The notes under the pieces were generated by a model that made no database searches, was not told the DNA's origin, and saw nothing but the letters and a program-made list of their open reading frames with translations. Shown here one piece after another: positions 9,387 through 19,458 of a stretch of DNA of 64,000 nucleotides (the first letter of the stretch is position 1; each line of letters opens with the position of its first letter). The position numbers were made by a program, and so were the translations under genes. Source of the DNA: Candidatus Kaiserbacteria bacterium (GTDB taxonomy: Bacteria > Patescibacteriota > Minisyncoccia > Phycocordibacterales > UBA2100); assembly GCA_016214605.1 (NCBI GenBank), contig JACROD010000023.1, forward strand, positions 32,428-96,427, given 5' to 3'.

Positions 9387-9593
9387 CTACCCTCTTCGAG
9401 TGATTCGCGACCGGCCGCCATAAGGATCGAGCTGTACTTGGACACGATCGCCTACAAGGACCTTGATGCGATGCAGGCGCATTTTTCCGGCAAGGTACGC
9501 GAGAGTTACCTGCCCGGATGCAAGCTGTACACGAAAAAGTGTATTTGGAAGCGCCTCTTCGACGATTCCTTCGACAACTTCTGGTTCAGCCAT
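9387..9593 (-). CDS. infA: Translation initiation factor IF-1
   Basis: VEGIVEEALPNTLFRV and GKMR. Confidence 0.96.
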   Translation of the reverse strand: MAEPEVVEGIVEEALPNTLFRVQLASGQVTLAYLAGKMRLHRIKVLVGDRVQVQLDPYGGRSRITRRG

Positions 9594-9630
9594 ATCTGCG
9601 CAAGGAATGATAGCAAAGTGGGGCTGTATG

Positions 9631-11202
9631 TCAAGCTCCGGCCGTGCCGGAAGCCGGTTGAGGGGCTTTGATATCGATCTTTATATCGTTTTGATTGGTC
9701 GGGAAGCTGCCTTTCCAGAAGGGTTCTATACGAGCGCGGGCACTCTCAATACCTGGGAAATTGGCTATAATGCTCTTAAAGGAGGCTTGATCGCGACCTG
9801 CGAGGGCCTTAGAAAGCTCGTCTTTGTCCACATTCCAGATCAATACGGCATCGCCTGTTGGTTTGAAGTGGAAAGGTGCTGTCCCTAGGGTACCTGATGC
9901 GATATCTGATGAGGTCGCGCCAAAGGTGTCTTTGTTGCCCATAAGCGTGAGCTTTGCGGTTTCTGCGTCGGCTGTTACGAGAGACCCGACCATCTGAGCA
10001 AAGATATCAGCAGATAAGATCGGTACGACAGAATGGATCCGCACGTGGATCCCGACACCATTGGATTCGTTGGTATCGGGAAGGTCTTGGTACGTGGTCT
10101 GGGCGAGACTATAGAATATGGTTGCGTTTGGGCCGGCGTTATCAGTGGCTTTTTGTATGGATGCTTGAAGGAGTCGGGTGCGAATATTTGCCGTTGCGGT
10201 TGCACGCGCTGCCGGGTCAGTGGCCGTTTTGTCTCCTGAGAATCCACCTGCCAATGGCGCAGGAGATTGGGCATGTACCCCTTTGTACATGGCATCGTTT
10301 GATTTGAGTCCGGGCAGGGTGAATTCGGTCCCTGAATTAACATTGTATTGTTGTCCTGTCTGGTCGGCGATGACCGTCACATTGACCTGGCCCGGAGTCG
10401 AACCCTTTTTACCGGGGACCACGATATCGTTGGGGGTGCGGAAGATCAGATGATCTGGGGTCTCAAAGCGTGTGGTAGCGATGAGTTTGACCGGAGCGGA
10501 TGAGTATGTGTTGTATACGGTGATCGATCCGGAGGCCTTGGTCTCTACATGGGTAGTGCCTCCCTGTGCGGGGATCACCTCTGAGTCATCGAGATCGATC
10601 GTTTGTACCGAATAAGGGAGTGTTCCCGAAGCTGCGGAAGTCTCCGGATACGCGGTGAACTCGGTAGTCTGGTCAAAAGTGACCTGATGGGAACGCGGGG
10701 TCACGGTGACGACTGTCGGGCGCGTCGCCAAGATCCCAAAGAGTGCGACGACAAGGACGAGTGCTCCGGCGATAAGCCAAATCCAAAGACGAGAACGAGA
10801 TGAGCGGGGCGAATGCGACATCGAGACTCCGGCCCCCGTCAGCGAAGAACCTTTTCTCGGATCAGGTGGTATAGGGCGCGGGCGTCCGCGCGATGGCAGA
10901 TTGATATTACGAATACCTCGAAGTCCGACTTCTTCTCGCAAGACATCTTGCTCCTCCTCAACTGATTCGTCTTCAAGGTCGGAATCGTCACCGGCATCAT
11001 CTTCGGACGCATGATGCGGGTGTGTGCCCTTTATTGGACGTTTAAGTACGATCTCATCGTCATCCTCGATAGTGTCGTCGATATCTTCATCTTGAGGCTT
11101 GATGCGCCGTGCGGGGCTGCCAGTGCGTGCTGGAGTCGGCTTGATCTTGCGAGCACTGCCCGCAGCTGGTGGAATAATGTCTTGAAAATAATCTTTTGCC
11201 AT
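9631..11202 (-). CDS. Single-pass membrane protein with a baseplate-J-like extracellular domain (CPR-type)
   Basis: FQDIIPP N-terminus, TM segment, KASGSITVYN...LIATTRF, GGFSG. Confidence 0.6.
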   Translation of the reverse strand: MAKDYFQDIIPPAAGSARKIKPTPARTGSPARRIKPQDEDIDDTIEDDDEIVLKRPIKGTHPHHASEDDAGDDSDLEDESVEEEQDVLREEVGLRGIRNINLPSRGRPRPIPPDPRKGSSLTGAGVSMSHSPRSSRSRLWIWLIAGALVLVVALFGILATRPTVVTVTPRSHQVTFDQTTEFTAYPETSAASGTLPYSVQTIDLDDSEVIPAQGGTTHVETKASGSITVYNTYSSAPVKLIATTRFETPDHLIFRTPNDIVVPGKKGSTPGQVNVTVIADQTGQQYNVNSGTEFTLPGLKSNDAMYKGVHAQSPAPLAGGFSGDKTATDPAARATATANIRTRLLQASIQKATDNAGPNATIFYSLAQTTYQDLPDTNESNGVGIHVRIHSVVPILSADIFAQMVGSLVTADAETAKLTLMGNKDTFGATSSDIASGTLGTAPFHFKPTGDAVLIWNVDKDELSKALAGRDQASFKSIIANFPGIESARARIEPFWKGSFPTNQNDIKIDIKAPQPASGTAGA

Positions 11203-11302
11203 AGTTAAAAAATTATACCTCGTCTAAAGTTTACATCAAAGATACGAGGAGTGTATAAGTGGATCGGATGTCTTAAGAATACCCCCTCCTAATAATAAAA
11301 CA

Positions 11303-12454
11303 CTATCTTTGTTCGATACTCACGAACGCTGCCGACAGCAAGAGGCGTTGATTGATCGTAAGGCGCGAGGGTACGACAAATCGACGCAGGGATTCGGAGC
11401 TGAGAACGATAACCTCAAAGGGGTGCGTGGTGGTGGTGAACTGGGTGAAATCAATGCGTGAAAATATGGTCGTGAGCCACGGAGCGAGCGCGTCTTCACA
11501 AAGAAGTACGAGCAGTGGCGGCAGATAACGGGTCGAGGCAAGTTCGACCATCGCATCGGCAAAGACACGCACCAGGTCCGGTTCGACACGCGTGGTCGCT
11601 TCTGTGATCTCGGTGCATGCGTCGGTACTGCATGTCTCGTCGGTGACCATGCGCATAAGCGAAAGTGTTTCCTCGGGCATTCTTTTTCCGGCGATCCGTT
11701 TGATGATCGATAAGAGACCTTCGTCGACCGTCTTGTGGGCCATCGAGAGCCCTGTATGGATATTGGCAATAATGGTCGTGTCGCGCGTGAGGTCGACCAG
11801 GCAAAAATCTTTCTGGAGACCGGGGATCGCTTCTACGACGGAGAGGATCGTACGGAACTGTGAACGGAAGACGACCGGTGCAGGGAAGAGTCGATGCAGA
11901 GCGTCTTGCACGATAGACCGGATCTGGGGTTCGCACCCACTTATAAGCGCGTAGACGGATACTTTGTGTGCCTGTTTGCCGATCGGCTCGCTCGTAGCAT
12001 AACCATTGAGTTCTATGCGAACGACATTGGCTTCCAAAAGATTGGCCGCATTGATCTCGGTGCTTTCGTCGAGGGCTTGTTTGGCGAGGTCGGCGATCAT
12101 GTGCTCAGTGATCGCCACCTCGGTATCGAATTTTGCGACGGTGCGGATGGTCTGCGAACGGACCCAGGGCGTATTCATGATACAGAAGACATTCGTGATA
12201 GATCCGTGGGATTTTTGCAGGCTGGTATATGTATCAAGTGCCTTTTTCCCAGCCTCATTGATCTGGTCCGGAAGGGCCGCCAAGACCGCCTCAGGGGTCC
12301 GATCTTCAAAAGAAAGGTCGCTGCGCCCTGCGGCGAGGATTTCCAGCGGTTTGTCCTGGTGCAAGAGTGCGATCGCGATCGATACACAGCCGCTCTGGAT
12401 GTCGACGATGGCGACCGGTCGGGTTTTTGAGGACGAGAGAGAAAGCGCGCTCAT
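11303..12454 (-). CDS. FtsA/PilM-like actin-fold protein
   Basis: AIVDIQSGCVSIA and second LVDL strand; IELNGY motif. Confidence 0.55.
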   Translation of the reverse strand: MSALSLSSSKTRPVAIVDIQSGCVSIAIALLHQDKPLEILAAGRSDLSFEDRTPEAVLAALPDQINEAGKKALDTYTSLQKSHGSITNVFCIMNTPWVRSQTIRTVAKFDTEVAITEHMIADLAKQALDESTEINAANLLEANVVRIELNGYATSEPIGKQAHKVSVYALISGCEPQIRSIVQDALHRLFPAPVVFRSQFRTILSVVEAIPGLQKDFCLVDLTRDTTIIANIHTGLSMAHKTVDEGLLSIIKRIAGKRMPEETLSLMRMVTDETCSTDACTEITEATTRVEPDLVRVFADAMVELASTRYLPPLLVLLCEDALAPWLTTIFSRIDFTQFTTTTHPFEVIVLSSESLRRFVVPSRLTINQRLLLSAAFVSIEQR

Positions 12455-12523
12455 GTACAAGACAGTATACCGCGAGAACACATGCAGTGGGTCTTGACGA
12501 TGTGTATATGTGCGACGATTTCT

Positions 12524-12817
12524 TTACGAAGGTAAATTCACGCCTGTTTTCTGGGCGATTAGGCGGATCCATTCTTCGTGGCGGGAGAGTTGTACTGATA
12601 CGGCGGCATATTCCAGTGAAAGATCGCTTACCACCTTGGCCAAACGATCAATCGCGGTTAATATCTCACCGACCCTCTTGTCTATTTTCTGATCCAAACG
12701 CTCTTCAAGTCGTTTGAGATCATCATGAGTTACCATCGCATCAATCATACGATCGAGCTTGTCGTTCAAATCGTTAAACCCGATCACCTTCTTTTTAGCC
12801 GCTTGTTTTTTGGCCAT
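12524..12817 (-). CDS. Small coiled-coil hypothetical protein
   Basis: MVTHDDLKRLEERLDQKID heptads. Confidence 0.65.
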   Translation of the reverse strand: MAKKQAAKKKVIGFNDLNDKLDRMIDAMVTHDDLKRLEERLDQKIDKRVGEILTAIDRLAKVVSDLSLEYAAVSVQLSRHEEWIRLIAQKTGVNLPS

Positions 12818-12844
12818 AGTTAAATGATAACACGGCACTTAATA

Positions 12845-14905
12845 CTACAACAGCACCGCTTTGATCCGGCGAATACCTGATGCCACTGCTTCTTCTTTGG
12901 TGATCTTGAAGGTGCCTGCTTGGGCGATCTCGCTGGTGTTTTGCACATGGGGGCCGCCACAGAATTCTATGGAGAAGGCTTTATCGAATTGTGGGTCTTC
13001 CAGGGTCGCTTCGAGCGGCCCGAGCGAGTAGACGGATACGATGTCTGGATATTTGGCGCCGAATTCGTGTTGTGCGCCGAGATGTTCGGCCTCGTCGCGC
13101 GGCATGGTGGAGCGGGTCATCGGCAGGTGCTGTTGGATCGCTTCATTCACGATGCGCTCGACTTCCCTCTTTTGTTCATCGGTCATCTTGGCGTCGTGAG
13201 AAAAGTCGATACGGAGGCGCTCGCCGGTGATGTTGGACCCGCGCTGCTTCACATGCTCGCCGAGTACCATCTGGAGCGCCTTGAGAAGGATGTGGTGCGT
13301 CGTGTGCAGGCGCACGGTCGCCTCGGAATGGTCGGCGAGGCCGCCTTTGAATTTTTGTTCACTGCCGGCGCGGGAGAGGTCCTGGTGTTTTTTCATTAAC
13401 TCTTGAAATTCGGTTAATATACGTTCCCTTCTTTTATTAGGAAGTACATCTAAGCCGTGTTGTTGTCTCATACTGTCGAAAACTTCTAGAGACATTTCTG
13501 CAGGAAAGCCAAATGTAGTGAATAATTCAAAAAGTGTTTTCCCGGAGATAGGCTCAAGTTTAGGTATCGGTTGTCCATCCTCATATTGACGCACTATGGG
13601 TAGATTTTTTTTGAGACTCTCCCGTACACTCCCTATGCCTTCACCGATACGAATTTCATCCGCGACCCGCACTTCCAAGACTTTTAGTCCACGTTCAAGC
13701 GCATGCCCGAACTGCACCTCTTCCTTCCAAATCTCTTTGGTGATCTCTTGGTAGGCTTCTTCGGTGGCGAGCTCGCTGTAGGCGGCTTTGTATTTCTCGA
13801 TGATAATCACTGCACAGCGATTGAGCATACTCTCCTCTCGCCTGTCATTTTGGACGCCGATCTTTTGGGCGTGCTGGCTCGCGCGGCGGATGAGACGACG
13901 TAAGACATAGCCGCGTTCGGTATTGGACGGCCGCACGCCATCGGCGAGCATGAATACCGCGGCGCGCATGTGATCGGCGACGATGCGAAATGAGCGCTGA
14001 TAGAGTGGATCTGCGTATTGTTTGCCCGAAAAGGTCTCGAGGAGGTCGATGATCTCGGTGAATACGTCGATCTTGAAGACATCAGGGTCGTGGTTGGTGG
14101 CCGCGGTGATGCGCTCGAGGCCGCCGCCAAAGTCGACATTGCGTTTGGGAAGGTCAGCAAAGGTCTCACCCTCCCTCTTGATGTATTGCATAAAGACGTT
14201 GTTGCCGATCTCCATGAAGCGGCCGCAATCGCAATTGGGGTGGCAGTGTGCGCCAAATGTCTCGTCGTGCGGCGTGCCGAAGTCATAAAACATCTCCGAG
14301 TCGGGTCCCCCCGGCTCTCCAGCAGGCATTTTGTCGGGTACGCCCGCGCGGCTCCACCAATTCTTCCTGACGCCGTAATAAAAGATGCGGCCGCCTTGCA
14401 TGCCGACCTTGGCGGCATTCTCCTCGGTATCGAGCACTACATCAGCCGCATCGATGTCTTTTGAGGCAAAAAGCGCCTTCCAAGTGAGGGTGGACTCTTC
14501 GTCGCGTGGCATGTCGTACTTTTCGTCGCCCGCAAACACGGTCACGTAGAGATTTTGCGGGTCGAGACCGATCTCGTCGGTCAGGAATTCAAACATCCAG
14601 GTGAGCTGGTCTTTTTTGAAATAATCGCCCAGGGACCAGTTGCCGAGCATCTCGAAGAAGGTGGTGTGGCGATTGTCGCCGACCTCTTCGATGTCTTCGG
14701 CGCGGAAGCTCTTTTGACTGTCGGTGATGCGGGTGCCCTCCGGATGCGGCTCACCCAGGAAATACGGTAGCATTGGCTGCATGCCGGAGCCGGTAAAGAG
14801 TGTCGTGGGGTCATTGAGCGGGACGAGCGAGGCGGAGGGAATTACACGATGCCCGCGGGCTTTGAAGAATTCGAGGTATTTGGTGCGTACGTCGCGGACA
14901 TTCAT
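12845..14905 (-). CDS. alaS: Alanine--tRNA ligase lacking the C-Ala domain
   Basis: HTTFFEMLGNWS, ADHMRA, GYVLRRLIRR, HTTHH and EFCGGPHV. Confidence 0.97.
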   Translation of the reverse strand: MNVRDVRTKYLEFFKARGHRVIPSASLVPLNDPTTLFTGSGMQPMLPYFLGEPHPEGTRITDSQKSFRAEDIEEVGDNRHTTFFEMLGNWSLGDYFKKDQLTWMFEFLTDEIGLDPQNLYVTVFAGDEKYDMPRDEESTLTWKALFASKDIDAADVVLDTEENAAKVGMQGGRIFYYGVRKNWWSRAGVPDKMPAGEPGGPDSEMFYDFGTPHDETFGAHCHPNCDCGRFMEIGNNVFMQYIKREGETFADLPKRNVDFGGGLERITAATNHDPDVFKIDVFTEIIDLLETFSGKQYADPLYQRSFRIVADHMRAAVFMLADGVRPSNTERGYVLRRLIRRASQHAQKIGVQNDRREESMLNRCAVIIIEKYKAAYSELATEEAYQEITKEIWKEEVQFGHALERGLKVLEVRVADEIRIGEGIGSVRESLKKNLPIVRQYEDGQPIPKLEPISGKTLFELFTTFGFPAEMSLEVFDSMRQQHGLDVLPNKRRERILTEFQELMKKHQDLSRAGSEQKFKGGLADHSEATVRLHTTHHILLKALQMVLGEHVKQRGSNITGERLRIDFSHDAKMTDEQKREVERIVNEAIQQHLPMTRSTMPRDEAEHLGAQHEFGAKYPDIVSVYSLGPLEATLEDPQFDKAFSIEFCGGPHVQNTSEIAQAGTFKITKEEAVASGIRRIKAVLL

Positions 14906-14984
14906 GTGCCAAGGGTAGCGTGTTTTGCACAAAATGGCAAAAAGAATAGGGATCGTCAATGGACGACCCCTATTTGTGTACTTG

Positions 14985-15875
14985 CTATGCGACAGACATC
15001 TCAAGCGCGTGGAGTACAGGCTTGCTTAGTTTGTCGAATTTATTGCGCACTGCAGCAGCCAGCTTCTTGTAGGCGCGGACCTCGATCTGCCTGATGCGCT
15101 CTCTTGACACGCCGAATTCGTTGCCTAATTGTTCAAGCGTAAGCGGCTCTTCGTGCAGGCGGCGTGCCTCAAGGATGCGTCTTTCGCGCGGACCAAGAAT
15201 CCCGAGAGACCCGCGCAATGCCTTAAGGCGATTATCGTCTGTTTGCCGCTGCTCCAAAACTTCTTCGATGCTTGGCGACGGCTCCACCAGTATATCGATG
15301 AATGTCGCTGCCGAATCATCGTCTATAGACGCCGGTGCATTAAGCGAGAGATCGGCCATCAATCGCTGATTCATTTGGATGATGTCGCTTTTTGAGACAC
15401 CCATCATCCGTGAGATCTTCTCGACCTGCTCGACGCTCATATCGCCTTCTCCATAGGCGCGGATCCGGCTCTTGGCTTTGCGCAAGCCGAAGAAGAGCTT
15501 CTTTTGAGTCTGGGTGGTCCCTATCTTTACGACCGATGCAGTCCGTAGAATATAGTCGGTCATGGAGGCGCGGATCCACCATTGCGCATAGGTAGAGAAA
15601 CGGAATTTCAGTTCGGGCTTAAAGCGCGCAGCAGCGTTCATAAGTCCGACATTGCCTTCCTGGACCAGGTCCGACAATGGCGTTCCGTACCCGGAATACT
15701 TTGCGGCCATCGCGATTACCAGCTTGAGATGGCACTGGACGATCTCCTGGAGCGCCTTGAGGTCCTCGTGGTCGCGCCACTGGATGGCGAGCTGTAGCTC
15801 TCTTTCGCGAGAGAGTATCGGGAATTGGTATGCCTGGGTCACAAATGACCCGGCAAGTTCAATGGGCCTTTTCAT
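14985..15875 (-). CDS. rpoH: RpoH (sigma32)-type sigma factor
   Basis: DLVQEGNVGLM, RFSTYAQWWIRA, RpoH box QKKLFFGLR, VSRERIRQIE. Confidence 0.85.
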   Translation of the reverse strand: MKRPIELAGSFVTQAYQFPILSRERELQLAIQWRDHEDLKALQEIVQCHLKLVIAMAAKYSGYGTPLSDLVQEGNVGLMNAAARFKPELKFRFSTYAQWWIRASMTDYILRTASVVKIGTTQTQKKLFFGLRKAKSRIRAYGEGDMSVEQVEKISRMMGVSKSDIIQMNQRLMADLSLNAPASIDDDSAATFIDILVEPSPSIEEVLEQRQTDDNRLKALRGSLGILGPRERRILEARRLHEEPLTLEQLGNEFGVSRERIRQIEVRAYKKLAAAVRNKFDKLSKPVLHALEMSVA

Positions 15876-16006
15876 GACGATGATCCTTTCTGTGAATGAC
15901 CACGTAGCCTGACAAATTTGTACGCTTCTTTCTGGTATTGTCAATGACTTTCGTATGGGCGGGAAGGCATATAAAAAAGGCCGCACTTGCGCGCGGCCTT
16001 TCAATC

Positions 16007-16639
16007 TTATGCAGTACTCGACATAGAGAGCCCGAAAGAGTGGCAGAGAGTATCTACCGTGTCCCTAAAAACGGGGTCTGTGCGTCTGCGACCGCGGGCA
16101 TGCCCCACGATCCGCATTACGGAGATCCTTGAATAGACGCTAAAGATCACATAGAGGTCTTCAGCCTTCCCCTTCATGGCGTCCATAGTCAAGAGAGCAA
16201 TCGCTTGACGTCCCGTTGCGACCCGCCTGTTTTTTTCGGCTCGCGCAGGGCTTGCGATCTGATCAAGGTCCACACCCAATGTTTCCGAAACCTTTTGAGC
16301 GATTTCCCGAGGCGTGAGTTTTGGCTCATGCACAGGGGCGGACCGCTTCTCGAATGCCGCACATATCGCAATCGCGACAGCCGAGAGTTCGGGAGATATG
16401 TCGACGCTATGGATCGCCTGACGAATTTCGTTTTGGGAGCATTCCAGGATGTCCTGGATCTGCCCATCCAAGATCTCCGGAGTCCGATGTGCGGCTGCTA
16501 TAAGAAGTAGTCGAGCCTCGAGCTCCGCCTTGGATCGTTTGTTTTTCGGAAGCATGATCGCCTGCAAATCGACTCGCTTCTTATCGCAAATCAATTCCGC
16601 CAAGGCGTTTATCTTCGTTCCGACGCTTAAAAAAACCAT
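16007..16639 (-). CDS. Protein with two DnaA domain-IV-like HTH repeats
   Basis: EIAQKVSETLGVDLDQIAS...RRVATGRQAIALL and a similar N-terminal unit. Confidence 0.5.
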   Translation of the reverse strand: MVFLSVGTKINALAELICDKKRVDLQAIMLPKNKRSKAELEARLLLIAAAHRTPEILDGQIQDILECSQNEIRQAIHSVDISPELSAVAIAICAAFEKRSAPVHEPKLTPREIAQKVSETLGVDLDQIASPARAEKNRRVATGRQAIALLTMDAMKGKAEDLYVIFSVYSRISVMRIVGHARGRRRTDPVFRDTVDTLCHSFGLSMSSTA

Positions 16640-16709
16640 ATTCTCACCCTCCATGATCAATGCTCACGAAAAAGCGTTTCCACTAGAAATGTGTATAAAC
16701 CCGAATTAC

Positions 16710-18041
16710 CTACTTGTCAATGGATGTCGCCTTATCGTTTGATACCGGTCCAGCGACTGATTCTGAGAGATTTTCGATCACGAGATACTTCTTGAGCGCT
16801 TTGTGGACCTGTGCCTTAGTGAGTTTGAGCACTTGCTTCGGAAATTCGTCGAGATAGGAAGGTTTCTTTCCTTCGACAGCGCAATCATGGGCGACGCGCG
16901 CAAGATCCATAGAATTGGTGGCGCACAAGACGCGCGATCGAGCCTCGTACATTTCGCGGTGTTGCTTGACCTCGCTTGCAGTCGGACCTTCTTCGACGAT
17001 ACGCTTGATCTCGCGCAGGATGGAAGCGCGGCCGCGCTCGAAGAGTTCGGGTGCAAAGGTCCCCCAGATCGCGACGTAGCCGTCGGTGCCGTACATAAAG
17101 CCTCCCGGATACGAATAGACGCCGTATGTGAGACCTTCCACTTCGCGTACGATCTTCATAAGGCGTCCGGTGAAGCCGCTGCGGCTGCCGAGCACCTGAA
17201 GGCCGAGGAGGAGCGCGGGATAATCCGTGTGCGTGTTGGTGATACCGGTCACGCTGCCCAATATATAGTCGATACTCGCTTTGTCGGGGATGGGTGTGAC
17301 GACTTTGCGGGCTTTTTGCGGAAGGGCCCTATCGTATGGCGGAATCGTCACGGTGCGCTGCGGCAAGGTGGAAAAATATTTCTCGACGAGTGTAAATGCT
17401 TTCTCCTTTTTCATATCGCCTGCGATCGAGACGATCAGGAGCGATCGATCGATCGCGTATGTGTGATATTCGCACAGCTCTTTGCGGTTCATTTGTTCGA
17501 CCGCAGCCTTCGAATGAGCCGTGTCTTCTTGGCGATTAGGATGCCGGATGCCAAAGAGTGTCCGAGAAAGATTGATCGAAGCTTGTTCGTGGGGATTCTG
17601 CGCTTCGAGCGAAAGCTCGGCGATCATGCGGGATTTCAAGTGGGCCAATTCTTCCTGTGGGAAGATCGGTTCACGCAAGCATTCGGCGATGAGCGAGAGG
17701 AGCTTGTCCGCATAGACGGCGCGTACCCGCGCATGGAAAACGAGCCGGTCTTTTTCTGCGGCAAAAGAGAGCGAGGCGCCGATCGTATCAAGCATGATCT
17801 GGATCTCTGTCTTGGTATGTGCGGTCGTACCGTCGAGGAGCATCGCGGCATGCATGTCGGCAAGCACATCGCCCGAGAGCGTGCACTCGTCTATGCCTTC
17901 GCATACGAATCCTTGGGCAAGGTGGACGCCACCCTTGAGACTTCCGACGATCGATATTTCCCCATGCGCGGGAAAGGCCGAAAAGAGGGCGCGCGCGCCG
18001 GTCTTGAATCTCTTTTCTTTTATTTTGGAAGCGTAAGACAT
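16710..18041 (-). CDS. M16 peptidase, inactive subunit
   Basis: RLMKIVREVEGLTYGVYS; no HxxEH. Confidence 0.88.
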   Translation of the reverse strand: MSYASKIKEKRFKTGARALFSAFPAHGEISIVGSLKGGVHLAQGFVCEGIDECTLSGDVLADMHAAMLLDGTTAHTKTEIQIMLDTIGASLSFAAEKDRLVFHARVRAVYADKLLSLIAECLREPIFPQEELAHLKSRMIAELSLEAQNPHEQASINLSRTLFGIRHPNRQEDTAHSKAAVEQMNRKELCEYHTYAIDRSLLIVSIAGDMKKEKAFTLVEKYFSTLPQRTVTIPPYDRALPQKARKVVTPIPDKASIDYILGSVTGITNTHTDYPALLLGLQVLGSRSGFTGRLMKIVREVEGLTYGVYSYPGGFMYGTDGYVAIWGTFAPELFERGRASILREIKRIVEEGPTASEVKQHREMYEARSRVLCATNSMDLARVAHDCAVEGKKPSYLDEFPKQVLKLTKAQVHKALKKYLVIENLSESVAGPVSNDKATSIDK

Positions 18042-18044
18042 AGG

Positions 18045-19421
18045 CTAAAATTCGAAATCATCATCGATATAATGGGTCGGCTGGGTTGCATACGTCGCGG
18101 TCGCGGTATCCGATATCGGCGATTCGACGGTATCAAGGAGGATGCCGGTCGTTTCGCCCTGTCGGACGAGGTATTTCTTCGCTACGCGATTGACGTCGGT
18201 GCGCGTGATCTTTTTTACCGTGCGTTCAAAAGCGTAGGCGAGCGTCCAGTCTCCGGCCGCGATTGATTCCGAGACAGTGCGAATCTCGTTGAAGATGCCG
18301 TCGCGCTCTTCGGCCATCGACGAGAGGATGCGTTCTCGCGCACGGTCGACTTCGGCTGCATCCACTCCTTTTTCTACGAGGTCGGATATTTCTTTGCGCA
18401 TGAGACGCACCAGCTTGTCCGGAGCGACGTGCTCCGCGGATGTCGCGGTAAACGTGAGAATGCCGGGGTCAAAAGTAGGCAACGTCATATGCGAAAGATC
18501 GGAGGCGAGTCCGCGGTCGACGAGCTTCTTTTGGAGCCTGCTTGAAAAGCCGCCGGCGAGTATGGTCGCAAGCACATAGATCGGCGCAAAATCCGGATGG
18601 AGTGCTTGCGGTGTCTTGTATGCGAGTATGGCGATCGAGACGCCGGCGGCCTTTTTGATCTCGCAGGATCGGGGCGTTTTTTGCACCGGTTCGACTATAT
18701 CCATCGTCGGGATCGGCGAGGGCGATGTCGGGATCTTGGCAAAATGCTTTATGACGAGCCGCTCCAATTCCGCGCGCGACACATCGCCAAAGACGGAAAG
18801 TGTCGCGTTGTTGGGCCAGTAGAACGTATCGTAAAACTCGCGCAGTTTTGCGGCGGTCGATGCCTCGATATCCTCCTTCGTGCCGATGGTGGGGATACGA
18901 TATGGGTGCACGCTGAAGGCGGTCGCGGTGACCTCCTCATCGAGCAATTCGTAGGGATTGTTGCGTCCGCGTTCGTATTCATTGCGCACAACGGTCATTT
19001 CCGATGCGAGATCGGCGTCGTTGAAAAGCGAATTACGCATACGATCCGCTTCGAGCGCAAGGGCATCTTCGAGGCGTTCCTTCGGCAAGAGCTCGAAATA
19101 ATTGGTCCGGTCGAGCCAGGTCGTGGCATTGACAAGGGCGCCCATCCATTCCAAATGCCCAGTGATCGCCTTGCCGTTCTTCTGATTAAAAAGCTTGGAA
19201 TCCTTGAAAAGGAGGTGTTCGAGGATGTGTGTCGACCCGGTGTGACCGGGGGCTTCGTTGCGGGACCCTACGTGGAAGGTAACGCAGACAGCGACCACGG
19301 GAGCAGACCTTTCTGGCTTGTAGAGGACGCGTAATCCATTGGAGAGACGGTATTCGGTAACACCGAAAATAGTACGTATTTTAGGCATTTTTTGGGTTTT
19401 TCGTCTTGGGGTGCGAGCCAT
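18045..19421 (-). CDS. M16 zinc peptidase, catalytic subunit
   Basis: HILEH, NATT, LEADRM. Confidence 0.92.
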   Translation of the reverse strand: MARTPRRKTQKMPKIRTIFGVTEYRLSNGLRVLYKPERSAPVVAVCVTFHVGSRNEAPGHTGSTHILEHLLFKDSKLFNQKNGKAITGHLEWMGALVNATTWLDRTNYFELLPKERLEDALALEADRMRNSLFNDADLASEMTVVRNEYERGRNNPYELLDEEVTATAFSVHPYRIPTIGTKEDIEASTAAKLREFYDTFYWPNNATLSVFGDVSRAELERLVIKHFAKIPTSPSPIPTMDIVEPVQKTPRSCEIKKAAGVSIAILAYKTPQALHPDFAPIYVLATILAGGFSSRLQKKLVDRGLASDLSHMTLPTFDPGILTFTATSAEHVAPDKLVRLMRKEISDLVEKGVDAAEVDRARERILSSMAEERDGIFNEIRTVSESIAAGDWTLAYAFERTVKKITRTDVNRVAKKYLVRQGETTGILLDTVESPISDTATATYATQPTHYIDDDFEF

Positions 19422-19458
19422 GGAGGCAACAATAGCGCACCTTTTTCGTTCACACAAA

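Noticed and set aside
16803-18266. Long antisense ORFs (also 21161..22039, 32792..33928, 55411..56496 and similar)
   Set aside because: They shadow well-supported genes on the opposite strand and have no recognisable motifs.
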